A program made the translations under genes and the position numbers. The notes beneath the pieces were generated by a model. It was not told where the DNA came from and searched no databases. It worked only from the letters and a program-made list of their open reading frames with translations. Shown piece after piece: positions 1-9,451 of a DNA stretch of 64,000 nt (position 1 is its first letter; the number at the start of each line of letters is the position of its first letter). The DNA comes from Acidobacteriota bacterium (GTDB lineage: Bacteria; Acidobacteriota; UBA890; WLXD01). The stretch is taken from NCBI GenBank assembly GCA_963666055.2, contig CAXWPH010000015.1:1088001-1152000 (forward strand), written 5' to 3'.

Positions 1-1
1 G

Positions 2-451
2 CGCCTGGCCTACGAGGAGACGGCGCGGATCCCGTTGCTGGTTCGCTACCCGCCTCTCGCCACCGCCGGAGCCACGCTGTCGCATCTCGTGCTCAGCATC
101 GACCTCGCCCCGACCCTCCTGGAGATCGGCGAATCCCAGCCCGCGCGCCCCCTGCATGGTCGCTCCCTGGTCCCGATCATGCGCGGCGACGAGCCCGATT
201 GGAGACGATCGCTGCTCATTGAGTACTACACCGACACCGTCTTCCCACGCATCGTCAGCATGGGGTACCGGGCTGTTCGCACCGAGCGCCACAAGTACAT
301 CCGGTATCTGGAGCTCGAGGGTATGGACGAGCTCTACGATCTCGAAGTCGACCCCCACGAGCTCACCAACCTGATCGACTCGGTCTCCCACACGCGGATC
401 CTCGAAAGCCTGCGCGCGGAGCTCGAAAGGCTGCTCGACGAAAGCTCCTGA
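2..451 (+). CDS. Sulfatase, C-terminal part (5' end outside the window)
   Basis: Sulfatase C-terminal motifs: IDLAPTLLE, GRSLVP, RAVRTERHKYI, ELYDLEVDPHELTNL. Confidence 0.85.
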   Translation, partial: RLAYEETARIPLLVRYPPLATAGATLSHLVLSIDLAPTLLEIGESQPARPLHGRSLVPIMRGDEPDWRRSLLIEYYTDTVFPRIVSMGYRAVRTERHKYIRYLELEGMDELYDLEVDPHELTNLIDSVSHTRILESLRAELERLLDESS

Positions 452-477
452 CGACCCTCCGTGGTGATCATTCCGCG

Positions 478-755
478 CTAGTGGCCTGTAACAGATAATC
501 GTTGCATATCGTGGTGACGAAATGGGTGCGGATGCCAGGCGCGACGACGAGACGATGTTTGCCCATCGTGGAGGAGGAGCAACGCCGCAGACGGGCCGAT
601 TTCGCCGCCATCCTGCGGACAGATGGGCAGTTGCGGGCGATCTCGGCGTTGCGGCTCGTCGACGATGCCCATTGCATCGCCTTCCTCGCCGCGCCTTGAT
701 CTCACCCGCAAATCCCATCTGCGATATGCAACGATTATCTGTTACAGGCCACTCG
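478..755. mobile_element. 278-bp MITE/REPIN-like structured element, copy 1 (divergent termini)
   Basis: Perfect 32-bp inverted repeat 480-511/722-753. Begins with CTAG (478) and ends with CTCG (755). Internal arms are homologous to the elements at 22975 and 38471. Confidence 0.8.
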
Positions 756-889
756 AGCGGAATGTGCTCTTGACCACCGGGGCCTCATATCAAAGGATCG
801 GCGCGACAGCCTCGAAAGGACTTGTCGTCCCCGCTGCCGGGGTCGGACCTGCGCCGCAGCCACGATCAGGCGTCTCGAGGAGAGAAACG

Positions 890-2890
890 ATGAAAAAGAC
901 GGATCCAGAGCTCGGAATGGATCGCGACATCACGCGGCGCGATTTCTTGAACGGCGCCAGTGTAGCGATCGGTGGCACGTTGTTCTCCGCAGCACCTGCA
1001 GTCGCTGGACCGCCGTCCGCGGCCGACGCCGCGCGGCGACCCCAGGCAGCGACGTTGCCACAGAGCTCAGCCGACTACTACCCGCCGGCATTGACCGGGC
1101 TGCGTGGCAGCCATGAGGGTTCCTACGAGGTCGCCCATGAGATGCGGACCGGCAAGACCTGGGACCGAGCCGAGGAGACCGGCGAGCTCTACGATCTGAT
1201 TGTGGTCGGTGGCGGGCTCAGCGGGCTGGCGGCGGCCTACTACTTCCGCAAGGCCTTGCCGGAATCCAAGGTCCTGGTTCTGGACAACCACGACGACTTC
1301 GGGGGGCACGCCAAGCGAAACGAGTTCAGGGTCGGCGACCGGCAGGTGATCGGTCACGGCGGCTCGGTCTATATCACCGGGGCCTACACGCCGGAGGGCA
1401 AGGCGTTGCTCGACGACATCGGCCTCAACGTCGAGCGTTTCCGCAAGCTGCCGGACTTCGACCGCGGCCTCTACGGCAGGATGGGTCTGCAACGCGGCGT
1501 GTTCTTCGACGAGGAGACCTTCGGCGTCGATCGACTCGCAGTCGGTGAGCCGAGCAGCTCGGTCAATTACATCGGCGCTGCGGGCAGCGCGCAGCCTTGG
1601 ACGGCGTTCCTCGCCAAGACCCCCCTCTCGCAAGCGGTACAACAGGACATCGTCAGGCTCCACGAGGACACCCGCGACTATCTTCCGGATTTGACCAAGG
1701 AAGAGAAGATCGAGCGGCTGCGCAAGATGAGCTATCAGGACTATCTTCTGAAGGTCGCGAAAGTGGACCCGGGCGTCATTCCCTACTTTCTCCGGCATGG
1801 CGACCCGAACGGCGCCGCCGGTATCGATTCCTATAGCGCCTGGGGAGCGCTGCGCTCCGGCCTGTTTCCCGGCCTCGGTGGTCTCGGGCTCGAGCGGCCC
1901 GACAGAAACTGGCTGGGTGAGGAGGACAACCCGCTGGAGGGCATCCACTTCCCCGACGGCAATGCCGGCATCGCCCGACTCATCGTCCGCTGGCTGATTC
2001 CGAAAGCGCTGCCCGGACACACCATGGAGGACTCGGTCGCGACCCCGGTTCGCTACGCCGCATTGGACGAGTCCGGAAGTCAGAGCCGCATCCGCCTCAA
2101 CAGCACCGTCGTGGGCGTGAAGCACGTGGGCGACAAGCGAACAGCAAACGAAGTAGAGGTGACCTATGTTCGCGACAACAAGGCCTACCGAGTGCGGGGC
2201 GGGACCTGCGTGCTTGCCTGCTACAACTCGATGATCCCGTATCTCTGCCCGGAGCTGCCGGGGGAGCAGAAAGAAGCACTGCACATGGCGGTGCGGCGAC
2301 CTTTCGTCTACACCAATGTCGTGGTGCGCGACTGGAAGGCATTCCACAAGCTCGGCGTGTCGGGCGTTCACTGCCCCGGCAGCTACTACGAATCGATCGA
2401 CCTGGACTGGGGCGTCAGCCTGGGTGACTACCAGTGCGCCCATACGCCGGACGAACCGATGTTCCTTCGCCTGATACGTTCGCCCATTGCACCGGGGCTC
2501 ACGGCCCGGGATCAATTCCGGGAGGGGCGGCAGGAGCTGCAGACGACCACGTTCGAGACCTACGAGCGGAATATCAGAGAGCTGTTGAGCCGAGTGCTGG
2601 AGGGCGGGGGCTTCGACCCGGCGCGCGACATCGCTGCCATCACCGTCAACCGCTGGCCGCATGGCTATGCCGGGGGAGCGAACGATCTCTACGATCCGGA
2701 GTGGTCGTACGATCAGGCACCGTGGGTAAAGGGGCGCCAGCGGTTCGGACGCATCACCGTTGCCAACTCCGACGCAGCCGCAGTATGCCTGATGCAGGCG
2801 GCCTTCGATCAGGCACACCGCGCTGTCGGAGAGCTGCTCACCGACGTCATCCGGCCCGAGTTCCAGTACCCGTGGGCCGAGCGAACCTGA
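890..2890 (+). CDS. Spermidine dehydrogenase (SpdH)-like FAD-dependent oxidoreductase, Tat-like leader
   Basis: RBS GAGGAG before ATG 890; ITRRDFLNG; GGGLSG FAD motif; DNHDDFGGHAKRNE, HFPDGNA and NRWPHGYA motifs. Confidence 0.8.
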   Translation: MKKTDPELGMDRDITRRDFLNGASVAIGGTLFSAAPAVAGPPSAADAARRPQAATLPQSSADYYPPALTGLRGSHEGSYEVAHEMRTGKTWDRAEETGELYDLIVVGGGLSGLAAAYYFRKALPESKVLVLDNHDDFGGHAKRNEFRVGDRQVIGHGGSVYITGAYTPEGKALLDDIGLNVERFRKLPDFDRGLYGRMGLQRGVFFDEETFGVDRLAVGEPSSSVNYIGAAGSAQPWTAFLAKTPLSQAVQQDIVRLHEDTRDYLPDLTKEEKIERLRKMSYQDYLLKVAKVDPGVIPYFLRHGDPNGAAGIDSYSAWGALRSGLFPGLGGLGLERPDRNWLGEEDNPLEGIHFPDGNAGIARLIVRWLIPKALPGHTMEDSVATPVRYAALDESGSQSRIRLNSTVVGVKHVGDKRTANEVEVTYVRDNKAYRVRGGTCVLACYNSMIPYLCPELPGEQKEALHMAVRRPFVYTNVVVRDWKAFHKLGVSGVHCPGSYYESIDLDWGVSLGDYQCAHTPDEPMFLRLIRSPIAPGLTARDQFREGRQELQTTTFETYERNIRELLSRVLEGGGFDPARDIAAITVNRWPHGYAGGANDLYDPEWSYDQAPWVKGRQRFGRITVANSDAAAVCLMQAAFDQAHRAVGELLTDVIRPEFQYPWAERT

Positions 2891-2929
2891 TCGCGGAACA
2901 GGCTGCCGGTTGACTTGACAGCGCCGTGG

Positions 2930-3262
2930 TTAGACATCGACCTGGCGAAGGCGATCGAGGCGTAGCCGATGGTGATGGTCGAAGAGCCGATGATAGGCGA
3001 AGAACACGACGCCGAAGGCGCCCAAGGCGGCCGCTGAGGCGATCATGAACATGATGACGATCTGGTAACGGACCGCGTCGCCGGGTTCGGCGCCAGCGAG
3101 GATCTGGCCGGTCATCATTCCGGGCAGGCTGACGACGCCCATCACCATCATCGAGTTGATCGTAGGAATCAGCCCGACCCGCATGGCATCGCGGATGTGC
3201 TCGTGTGCCGCCTCCCAGCGGGTACCGCCGAGCGCCAGCGTCGCCGTCGCACACAACAGCAT
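2930..3262 (-). pseudogene. fetB: C-terminal fragment of FetB/YbbM (UPF0014) ABC permease
   Basis: IPTINSMMVMGVVSLPGMMTGQILAG...AVRYQIVIMFMI. The N-terminal half is missing and the break lies next to the CTAG cluster at 3285. Confidence 0.8.
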
Positions 3263-3489
3263 CTCGCCCCCTCCCAGGTCACTACTAGAGTGGCGGTAAC
3301 TCGAGCTTTCCGCTAGAAACCATCGGTCATGCTAGCCGCTCCTCGACCGGGAGCCATCCGCCAGTTTTACTCTAGCCGTGATGCTGTCGGCGTGGAAGGA
3401 GCGTCGTTGGGCCTACTCGGTCCGCAACGCCTCGAGAGGAGGATTCACCGATGAGGCTCGCCATGCGGGCACCTCGACGTTGTAGCCTC

Positions 3490-3535
3490 CACGAGGTCCT
3501 CGAACCAATTGAGCACAACGCGAATGCGCGCCGGG
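3490..3535 (-). pseudogene. Relic of the C-terminus of a kinase-PD40 protein
   Basis: Reads RIRVVLNWFEDL, matching FYVVLNWFDEL at the end of the intact kinase 29726-32362. Confidence 0.55.
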
Positions 3536-3538
3536 CGG

Positions 3539-3973
3539 CTACCGCCGCGAAAGTCGGTTGCGGTAGGCGCGCGTGCGGCACCTGTCAGTGCAGTACTTCG
3601 CGTCTGAACGTGACGGATAGAACCGTGACCCGCACTCGTGGCAGATCGCTGGCGCATCGTCGCCCGCAATGGACTCAATCATCTTCAGGAACTGCGCCAG
3701 GTAGCGAAGGCGTTCCCGGAGCTCGGGCAACGATTCTCTGGCGTCCTCTGGGTCGAGCACGTCCCAGCGAAAATCAGCATTCTCTTTGCAAGGAATACGG
3801 TTGACGACAGCCCACAGTGCTTCGTGTGGGTACCAACGATGACGCCCAGACGCGTCACCCGAGTAAAGCCATATAGACGGTTTGACTCTCATATCGTTAC
3901 GATAACAGCCGTAACGGGCCCGGTAAAATACCGTCTGCTCTTGTCCGCGTGCTTGAGGCGCCCCTACCCGCAT
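3539..3973 (-). CDS. Hypothetical protein with C-terminal CGNR-like zinc finger
   Basis: CHECGSRFYPSRSDAKYCTDRCRTRAYR (CxxC...CxxxC); start uncertain. Confidence 0.55.
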   Translation of the reverse strand: MRVGAPQARGQEQTVFYRARYGCYRNDMRVKPSIWLYSGDASGRHRWYPHEALWAVVNRIPCKENADFRWDVLDPEDARESLPELRERLRYLAQFLKMIESIAGDDAPAICHECGSRFYPSRSDAKYCTDRCRTRAYRNRLSRR

Positions 3974-4097
3974 TGACGAGGGGATCTACCGGTCGCTCCG
4001 CCGAGACCAACAACCTCTTGCCAGCACCGATTCAATGAGTTACGAAGTGGTCCCAACAGTTGGGGCAGGTGACTCGGGCGAAGAGAGGGAAAGCTGC

Positions 4098-4343
4098 ATG
4101 AAAGAGCAAGCAATCAAACTCCGAAAGAACCGGAAGTTCATGGTCCAGATCCTGGACGACAGAATTGCCTGGATCCGCGAAGATGTCGATGAGGGTAGTT
4201 TCTTTGCTGACACCGACGAGTGGATATTCGACCTCTACAGATTGCTCAAGAAAGCAGATGAATTGAAGGCCTTCGAGCATCTCAAGTTCGACGGTTGGGA
4301 CGAGGAAACCGACACTGGATCAAGTTTCATCTATATCCCGTGA
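4098..4343 (+). CDS. Small hypothetical protein with acidic C-terminal half
   Basis: GAGGGA RBS before ATG 4098; coding-like composition, more AT-rich than its neighbours. Confidence 0.5.
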   Translation: MKEQAIKLRKNRKFMVQILDDRIAWIREDVDEGSFFADTDEWIFDLYRLLKKADELKAFEHLKFDGWDEETDTGSSFIYIP

Positions 4344-4399
4344 TTCCCACAACCCTGTCGCTATCAGGCCGGGTCGCTCTACTAAAGCTGTGGTTAACG

Positions 4400-4790
4400 C
4401 CGAGAATGCCGTTTTACGGCAAGCGCCTGTCCCGCATTTATTGGCGCAGCACCCCGTGCCTAATAGTGACGGGTAGATACGTGACACCGATCTTCGCAGA
4501 TGTCGGCTAGGGTCCTCCAGCCATGAACTGAGTTGATCTTCAGGAACTGCACGCGGTAGCGAAGGTGGTTCCGGCCAGGTGCTTGTTGTGGGGATCGCCG
4601 TGATGGTTAGACCCGTCACACTAGAAATTGTCATCACACTCTGGTTCCAGTGCTGCGTACAATCGCCGAGGTCGGGCAACAGCTCCCTGGCGCCCGCTCG
4701 GTTCGAGTACGCCCCCGAGTTGGGCGTGTATGGTCTTGTTACCATGCCGTTACAGTAATAGGCGTAACGGATCCGGGAGATCTCGCGCGC
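4400..4790 (-). pseudogene. Degenerate duplicate of the 3539-3973 zinc-finger gene
   Basis: Segments RIRYAYYCNGMVTRP, LRYRVQFLK and IYPSLLGTGCCANKCGTGACRK align with RARYGCYRNDMRVKP, LRYLAQFLK and FYPSRSDAKYCTDRCRTRAYRN, across frameshifts. Confidence 0.65.
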
Positions 4791-4990
4791 TCGCCAGCAG
4801 GCGGTTCGCGCCAGGTCTCGGGGCTCTTGAGCAGATGCACGTTTGCCCGGTGTCCCAATTCGGCCATGCCTCCGTGATGAGGAGCTTGCCCACCCCGTGC
4901 GCGTTGTTGCGCCCGGTTCTCGGTGGACCGGCCGGTCATGGTCCGCCGGCGATGCGGTTGACGAGCGGGCCATGGCCTTCGCGGCCGCGG

Positions 4991-5019
4991 TTGGATCTCG
5001 CCCGCGCTGGCGATAGGCT
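4991..5019 (+). promoter_or_regulatory. Sigma70-like promoter of kinase module, copy 1
   Basis: TTGGAT-17 bp-TAGGCT; identical boxes and spacing at 20280 and 29664. Confidence 0.6.
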
Positions 5020-5053
5020 GCAGGCGCTCAACCCACCTGCCGCTGGTAGTGCC

Positions 5054-5176
5054 ATGGAACCCGATACTCGAGTAGGCTACAACGAGATCCATGCCCCGGT
5101 CAGCGCAGGTGGGATGGGCGACCGAGCTGGCGACGCGGCGCTGGATCGTGATGTCGCGATCAAGGTGCTGCCCGAG
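5054..5176 (+). pseudogene. N-terminal relic of a Ser/Thr protein kinase
   Basis: MEPDTRVGYNEIHAPVSAGGMGD..LDRDVAIKVLPE is a degenerate copy of the N-termini at 20342 and 29726. Confidence 0.8.
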
Positions 5177-5274
5177 TGCTCTCGATCATCCGCATCTCCC
5201 TCAACGTGGCGATGCCGCTAGACTGGTTCGACGGCTCGTAGCCCATCCACAACTCCGTCCTCCTGGAGGAACCC

Positions 5275-5787
5275 ATGAAGCACGCCAGTCGCACCTTCTT
5301 CGTCGCGGCACTTTTCTTCATCCTGAGCAGTGGCGCGCCTGTAGCCGGCCAGGACCTGACGTCCTCGCAGGAGGCCCTCATCAAGGCGGAGGCACAGCAT
5401 CACGTCGAGTACTACTACAACTTGTACTACGAGAGGGATCCGGAGGCGCTATCGACGGAGGTCTTCAGTCTGCCGTGGATCACGATAGGCGCAAACGGAA
5501 TTCGGATCGCGATGACAGAGGAAGAGAATCTGGCGTATTTCGAGTCGGCGATCGCAGGACTGATCGACCGGGACTGGAACCGATCGATTTTCACGACCAA
5601 GAACGTCTGTGTCCTCACTGCCGGTTCCGCGATTGTCAGCGGCACGAATACCCGCACGCGCACGGACGGCAGCATCATGTCTGTCGGCGGCGTGACCTAC
5701 ATCCTCGGGAAGACGGACGAAGGCTGGCGCATCATCTCCTACTCGGGCCATCCCCCAGACAGGGTCGTGCGTTGCGATGTCGAGTGA
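5275..5787 (+). CDS. Secreted NTF2-like (SnoaL/DUF6841-like) protein
   Basis: GGAGGA RBS; signal peptide ending VAG-QD; TYILGKTDEGWRII is a typical NTF2-fold C-terminus. Confidence 0.65.
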   Translation: MKHASRTFFVAALFFILSSGAPVAGQDLTSSQEALIKAEAQHHVEYYYNLYYERDPEALSTEVFSLPWITIGANGIRIAMTEEENLAYFESAIAGLIDRDWNRSIFTTKNVCVLTAGSAIVSGTNTRTRTDGSIMSVGGVTYILGKTDEGWRIISYSGHPPDRVVRCDVE

Positions 5788-5988
5788 ATCTTGATGTGAG
5801 CTGTGGCCGCCGGCTCGTGGGTGTGTTTCAGGACGCTGTCCGAGTCGCACACGGTTCGCCGCGAGTCCACGCGTAGACTCGAAGCGTTTTGTGTGCGCCG
5901 GTTGCGCGGGCGCGCGAATTGACAGGGTATGCGGCCGCCACTAAGACTGCGGTCTTCAGTGGACCCAATGGCTCGACGAGGTGCTCCC

Positions 5989-7134
5989 ATGCGAAACACC
6001 TTGGCTCTCACGGTGTTGCTGACTCTCGCCAGTCCGTTCCCGGGCTCGGCGCAGGTCGACTCCATCGCCGAACCCTTCAAAGTCGGGACCTTCGAGATCG
6101 ACGGGACCCCCGAGGTGGGGGTTGTCCTTCGCGACCGCTACGTCGTGGCGCTCGATCGCGCCAACGCCGAACTGGAGCGTGACCCCGCGTATCCGCAGAT
6201 CCCGCTCCCTGCCGACATGTTGGAGCTCATCGGTCGGTACGAGTACGGGATGAAGGCTCGACTATACGAGCTGGTCGACCATGTGATCGCAGAGGACATG
6301 CTCACCGGAGATCGCCCGGACTACGTCTATGATCTGGGCGAGGTGCGCACGCTTCCGCCCATTCTGTATCCAGGCAAGATCCTCAACGCGGCGGTGAATT
6401 TCTACAGCCACGTCAACGAGTCGGGGTCGGCCGAGGAGCGTGTAGAAGCACGTCGCCAGCGGCGTGAGAATCGCGGCGTGCCGTACCTATTCATGAAACC
6501 CAGCCGGGGCGCGGTGATCGGCAACGGCGACCCTATCGTCATCCCGTTTGGTCGGGACCGCATCGACTGGGAAGTCGAGCTCGGTGCGGTGATCGGCCGG
6601 ATGGCCAAGTACGTTTCCGCCAACGACGCGGAGGCACACATCTTCGGCTACACGGTGACGCTCGATATCTCCGATCGCGGCGGCCGGCCGCCGGGCGGGA
6701 ACCCTCTCCGGTCCGACTGGTTCGTCGGTAAGGGCCACGACACGTTCGCCCCTCAGGGTCCCTGGATCGTGCCGAAGGAGTTCTACGGGAATCCTATGGA
6801 GATTCTCCGACAGACGCTGAGCGTCGGAGACGAGCAGATGCAGGAGGCCACGGCAGGCGACATGATTCACACGCTGTGGGAGTTGGTCGAATATGCGTCC
6901 TCGATCGTCACGTTATTCCCGGGCGATGTGATCAACAACGGAACGTCGGGTGGCACCGGCGTGGGCACCGCCGTTCGCGGCGAGCAGCGCTTTCTCCAAC
7001 CTGGCGAGGTGATCGAGGCCACCATCGACGGGATCGGTACGCTGCGGATGCCGGTGGTGGGCGAAAGTGAGCCGACTGGGCTCACGGGTGCCCAGCTCAC
7101 ACCGGGTCGGGTATACCGGCCGGAGGAGCGCTGA
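5989..7134 (+). CDS. Fumarylacetoacetate hydrolase family protein with signal peptide
   Basis: PYLFMKP, DWEVELG, GYTVTLDISDR, KGHDTFAPQGP, TLFPGDVI; N-terminus MRNTLALTVLLTLASPFPGSA-Q. Confidence 0.85.
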   Translation: MRNTLALTVLLTLASPFPGSAQVDSIAEPFKVGTFEIDGTPEVGVVLRDRYVVALDRANAELERDPAYPQIPLPADMLELIGRYEYGMKARLYELVDHVIAEDMLTGDRPDYVYDLGEVRTLPPILYPGKILNAAVNFYSHVNESGSAEERVEARRQRRENRGVPYLFMKPSRGAVIGNGDPIVIPFGRDRIDWEVELGAVIGRMAKYVSANDAEAHIFGYTVTLDISDRGGRPPGGNPLRSDWFVGKGHDTFAPQGPWIVPKEFYGNPMEILRQTLSVGDEQMQEATAGDMIHTLWELVEYASSIVTLFPGDVINNGTSGGTGVGTAVRGEQRFLQPGEVIEATIDGIGTLRMPVVGESEPTGLTGAQLTPGRVYRPEER

Positions 7135-7242
7135 GGCGGAAAAGCGAGGTCGGTCGGTACAGCCGTGGCGCCAGGCGTCGTTGTGCGCCTGCCGTTTCGA
7201 TTCCCCCCGCCCGGAGCAGCACGGCGGGCTAGAGTAGATTCT

Positions 7243-7833
7243 GTGGCCGACGAGCAGATTTTTCGCTTCATCCTGATCGCCGGGCTCACCATCATCATGC
7301 CCGCAGGCATCTACTACCGGGTGAAATCCCAGGCCAGCGGCGAGAGTCTCGACCGGCGACAGGAGGGGCTGTTCGTGCTGGCCACCCTACGGCCCCTGGG
7401 ACTCGCGTCGATGCTCGGATTGATCACATACACGATCAACCCTGCCTGGATGGCGTGGTCGGCGTCGTCGTTACCCGCGTCGTTGCGGTGGCTGGGTGTG
7501 GGCGTGGGCGCCGCGGCAGGCTCGTTGTTGATCTGGACGATGCACACCCTCGGAAAGAACCTGACGGACACCGTGGTGACGCGAAAGGACCACGAGCTAG
7601 TAACGGGCGGACCGTATCGGTTTGTTCGGCATCCGTTCTACTGCGCCTTCGCACTCGCCGTCCTCGCCAACTCGACCGTTGCCGCCAACTGGTTCATTTT
7701 GTTGACTGGAGGCTCGGCGTGGCTGGTGATCGTCTTCCGCACCGACAAGGAAGAAGAGAACCTGATGGCGAGATTCGGCGACAGGTACCGCCGCTACATA
7801 GAACGCACCGGTCGCTTCTTTCCGCGGCTGTGA
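7243..7833 (+). CDS. Isoprenylcysteine carboxylmethyltransferase/PEMT family membrane protein
   Basis: HELVTGGPYRFVRHPFY and EEENLMARFG..Y..Y...TGRFFP motifs; GTG start inferred. Confidence 0.85.
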   Translation: MADEQIFRFILIAGLTIIMPAGIYYRVKSQASGESLDRRQEGLFVLATLRPLGLASMLGLITYTINPAWMAWSASSLPASLRWLGVGVGAAAGSLLIWTMHTLGKNLTDTVVTRKDHELVTGGPYRFVRHPFYCAFALAVLANSTVAANWFILLTGGSAWLVIVFRTDKEEENLMARFGDRYRRYIERTGRFFPRL

Positions 7834-8077
7834 CGATCAGATCTAACCCGTTGGACGAAGCCGGCGAAGCCGACCATCGAAGAAGGCGCGCCGCTAGAAT
7901 CGCGTCACCGGTACGCTGACCCGACGGCGCACAGAGGCGCCGGGAGGATGGTTGCTACTATGATGACGAGGCCTCGTTGTTGAACGCTTTCAGGGATCCG
8001 GTCGTTTCTGCCCTTTGCGGCGGGCCGAGGGAGCCTCGCAAGCAACCGGAAATCATTGCCAACCTTGGAGGGGAGTC

Positions 8078-9331
8078 ATGTCGCGGCATGATCGGCGCAC
8101 GTTCCTCAAGCTGACCGGGGCTGGTGCGCTGGCGTTGGGCACCACCAAGGGATTGCAGGCAACGGCCACCCCGGTGCACACGTCCGGACAGGCGACCGCA
8201 TCGACGGCGGATGTGGCGGTCATCGGGGCGGGAGCGTTCGGCGGCTGGACGGCGCTTTATCTGCGAGAGATGGGGCACCGGGTCACCCTCATCGACGCCT
8301 ACGGCGCCGGCAACGCACGGGCCGCTTCCGGCGGGGAGAGTCGGCAGATCCGGACCCAATATGGCGAACGCGAGATCTACACCCGTTGGGTCGTGCAGGC
8401 GTTCGACCGTTGGGAAGCGCGCCAAAGGGAGTGGGGTGGACGGCCATTGTTCTACCGTACTGGTCAGCTGACGCTCGCGCGCCAATGGTCCGAGTACCTG
8501 CGGGCCTCCAAGCAAGTGCTCGATCGACACGGGATCGACAACGAAGTCGTGCCTCACGACGAGCTGTCGCGGCGCTATCCTCAGTTCAACCACCAGGACA
8601 TCGAATTCGGGTTCTATGTGCCCAGCACCGGTGTCCTCATGGCACGGCGTGCCTGTTTCGCCGTCGCGGGTGCCTTCGAGAGCGCGGGCGGTACTCTGGT
8701 CACCGCCAGGGCCAAGCCCGGTCGGCACGCCGGAGGCAAGCTACTGGAGCTCGAGCTCTCGACCGGCCAGTCGGTGTCGGCAGACACGTTCGTCTTCGCT
8801 TGCGGGCCATGGCTGCCGAAGGTGTTTCCCACCGTGATGAAGAACAAGCTCCAGACTCCGCGCCGGATCACCTTCTGGTACGGCGTGCCGACCGACGACA
8901 ACCGGTTCATCTACCCCAACTGTCCGACGTGGGGGATGCAGGGCGCCTACGGCTTCCCGAGCATCGAGGGCCGCGGCTGGAAGCTGGCACCCTATTTCGA
9001 CAGTATCCCGTTCGATCCGGACACCGGCGAGCGGGTCGTGACCGCCGAGGAGATCGAGAAGGCGCGCCAGTTCGTGGCGCACGCCTTCCCTGCTCTCGCT
9101 GACCAGCCGGTGCTCGAGTCGCGTGTATGCCAATACGAGAACAGTGTCGATGAGCATTTCATCGTCGACCGCCACCCGGAGATGGACAACGTCTGGATTG
9201 TCGGCGGCGGCTCCGGCCACGGCTACAAACACGGCATCATGCTGGGCGACTACGTGGCCCATCGTGTCGTGGGTGACGATCGCAACCCGGAGTTGGCCGA
9301 CACGTTCAAGCTCAAGAACGACACTTTCTGA
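8078..9331 (+). CDS. Sarcosine oxidase/DAO-family FAD oxidoreductase with Tat signal
   Basis: GGAGGGGAG RBS; DRRTFLK; VIGAGAFG; SGGESRQIR; CQYENS...GGGSGHGYKHG. Confidence 0.85.
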   Translation: MSRHDRRTFLKLTGAGALALGTTKGLQATATPVHTSGQATASTADVAVIGAGAFGGWTALYLREMGHRVTLIDAYGAGNARAASGGESRQIRTQYGEREIYTRWVVQAFDRWEARQREWGGRPLFYRTGQLTLARQWSEYLRASKQVLDRHGIDNEVVPHDELSRRYPQFNHQDIEFGFYVPSTGVLMARRACFAVAGAFESAGGTLVTARAKPGRHAGGKLLELELSTGQSVSADTFVFACGPWLPKVFPTVMKNKLQTPRRITFWYGVPTDDNRFIYPNCPTWGMQGAYGFPSIEGRGWKLAPYFDSIPFDPDTGERVVTAEEIEKARQFVAHAFPALADQPVLESRVCQYENSVDEHFIVDRHPEMDNVWIVGGGSGHGYKHGIMLGDYVAHRVVGDDRNPELADTFKLKNDTF

Positions 9332-9451
9332 GCCACACGGCCGCAGACTGGTCGCGGGATCATGCCCGCGGCTTCCCAGCATGGACTGCGCTGACCGAGT
9401 TGAAGACTGCGTCGGATCTCGCACGCTCCGGCGACCGGTTTCAGGCGCAGC

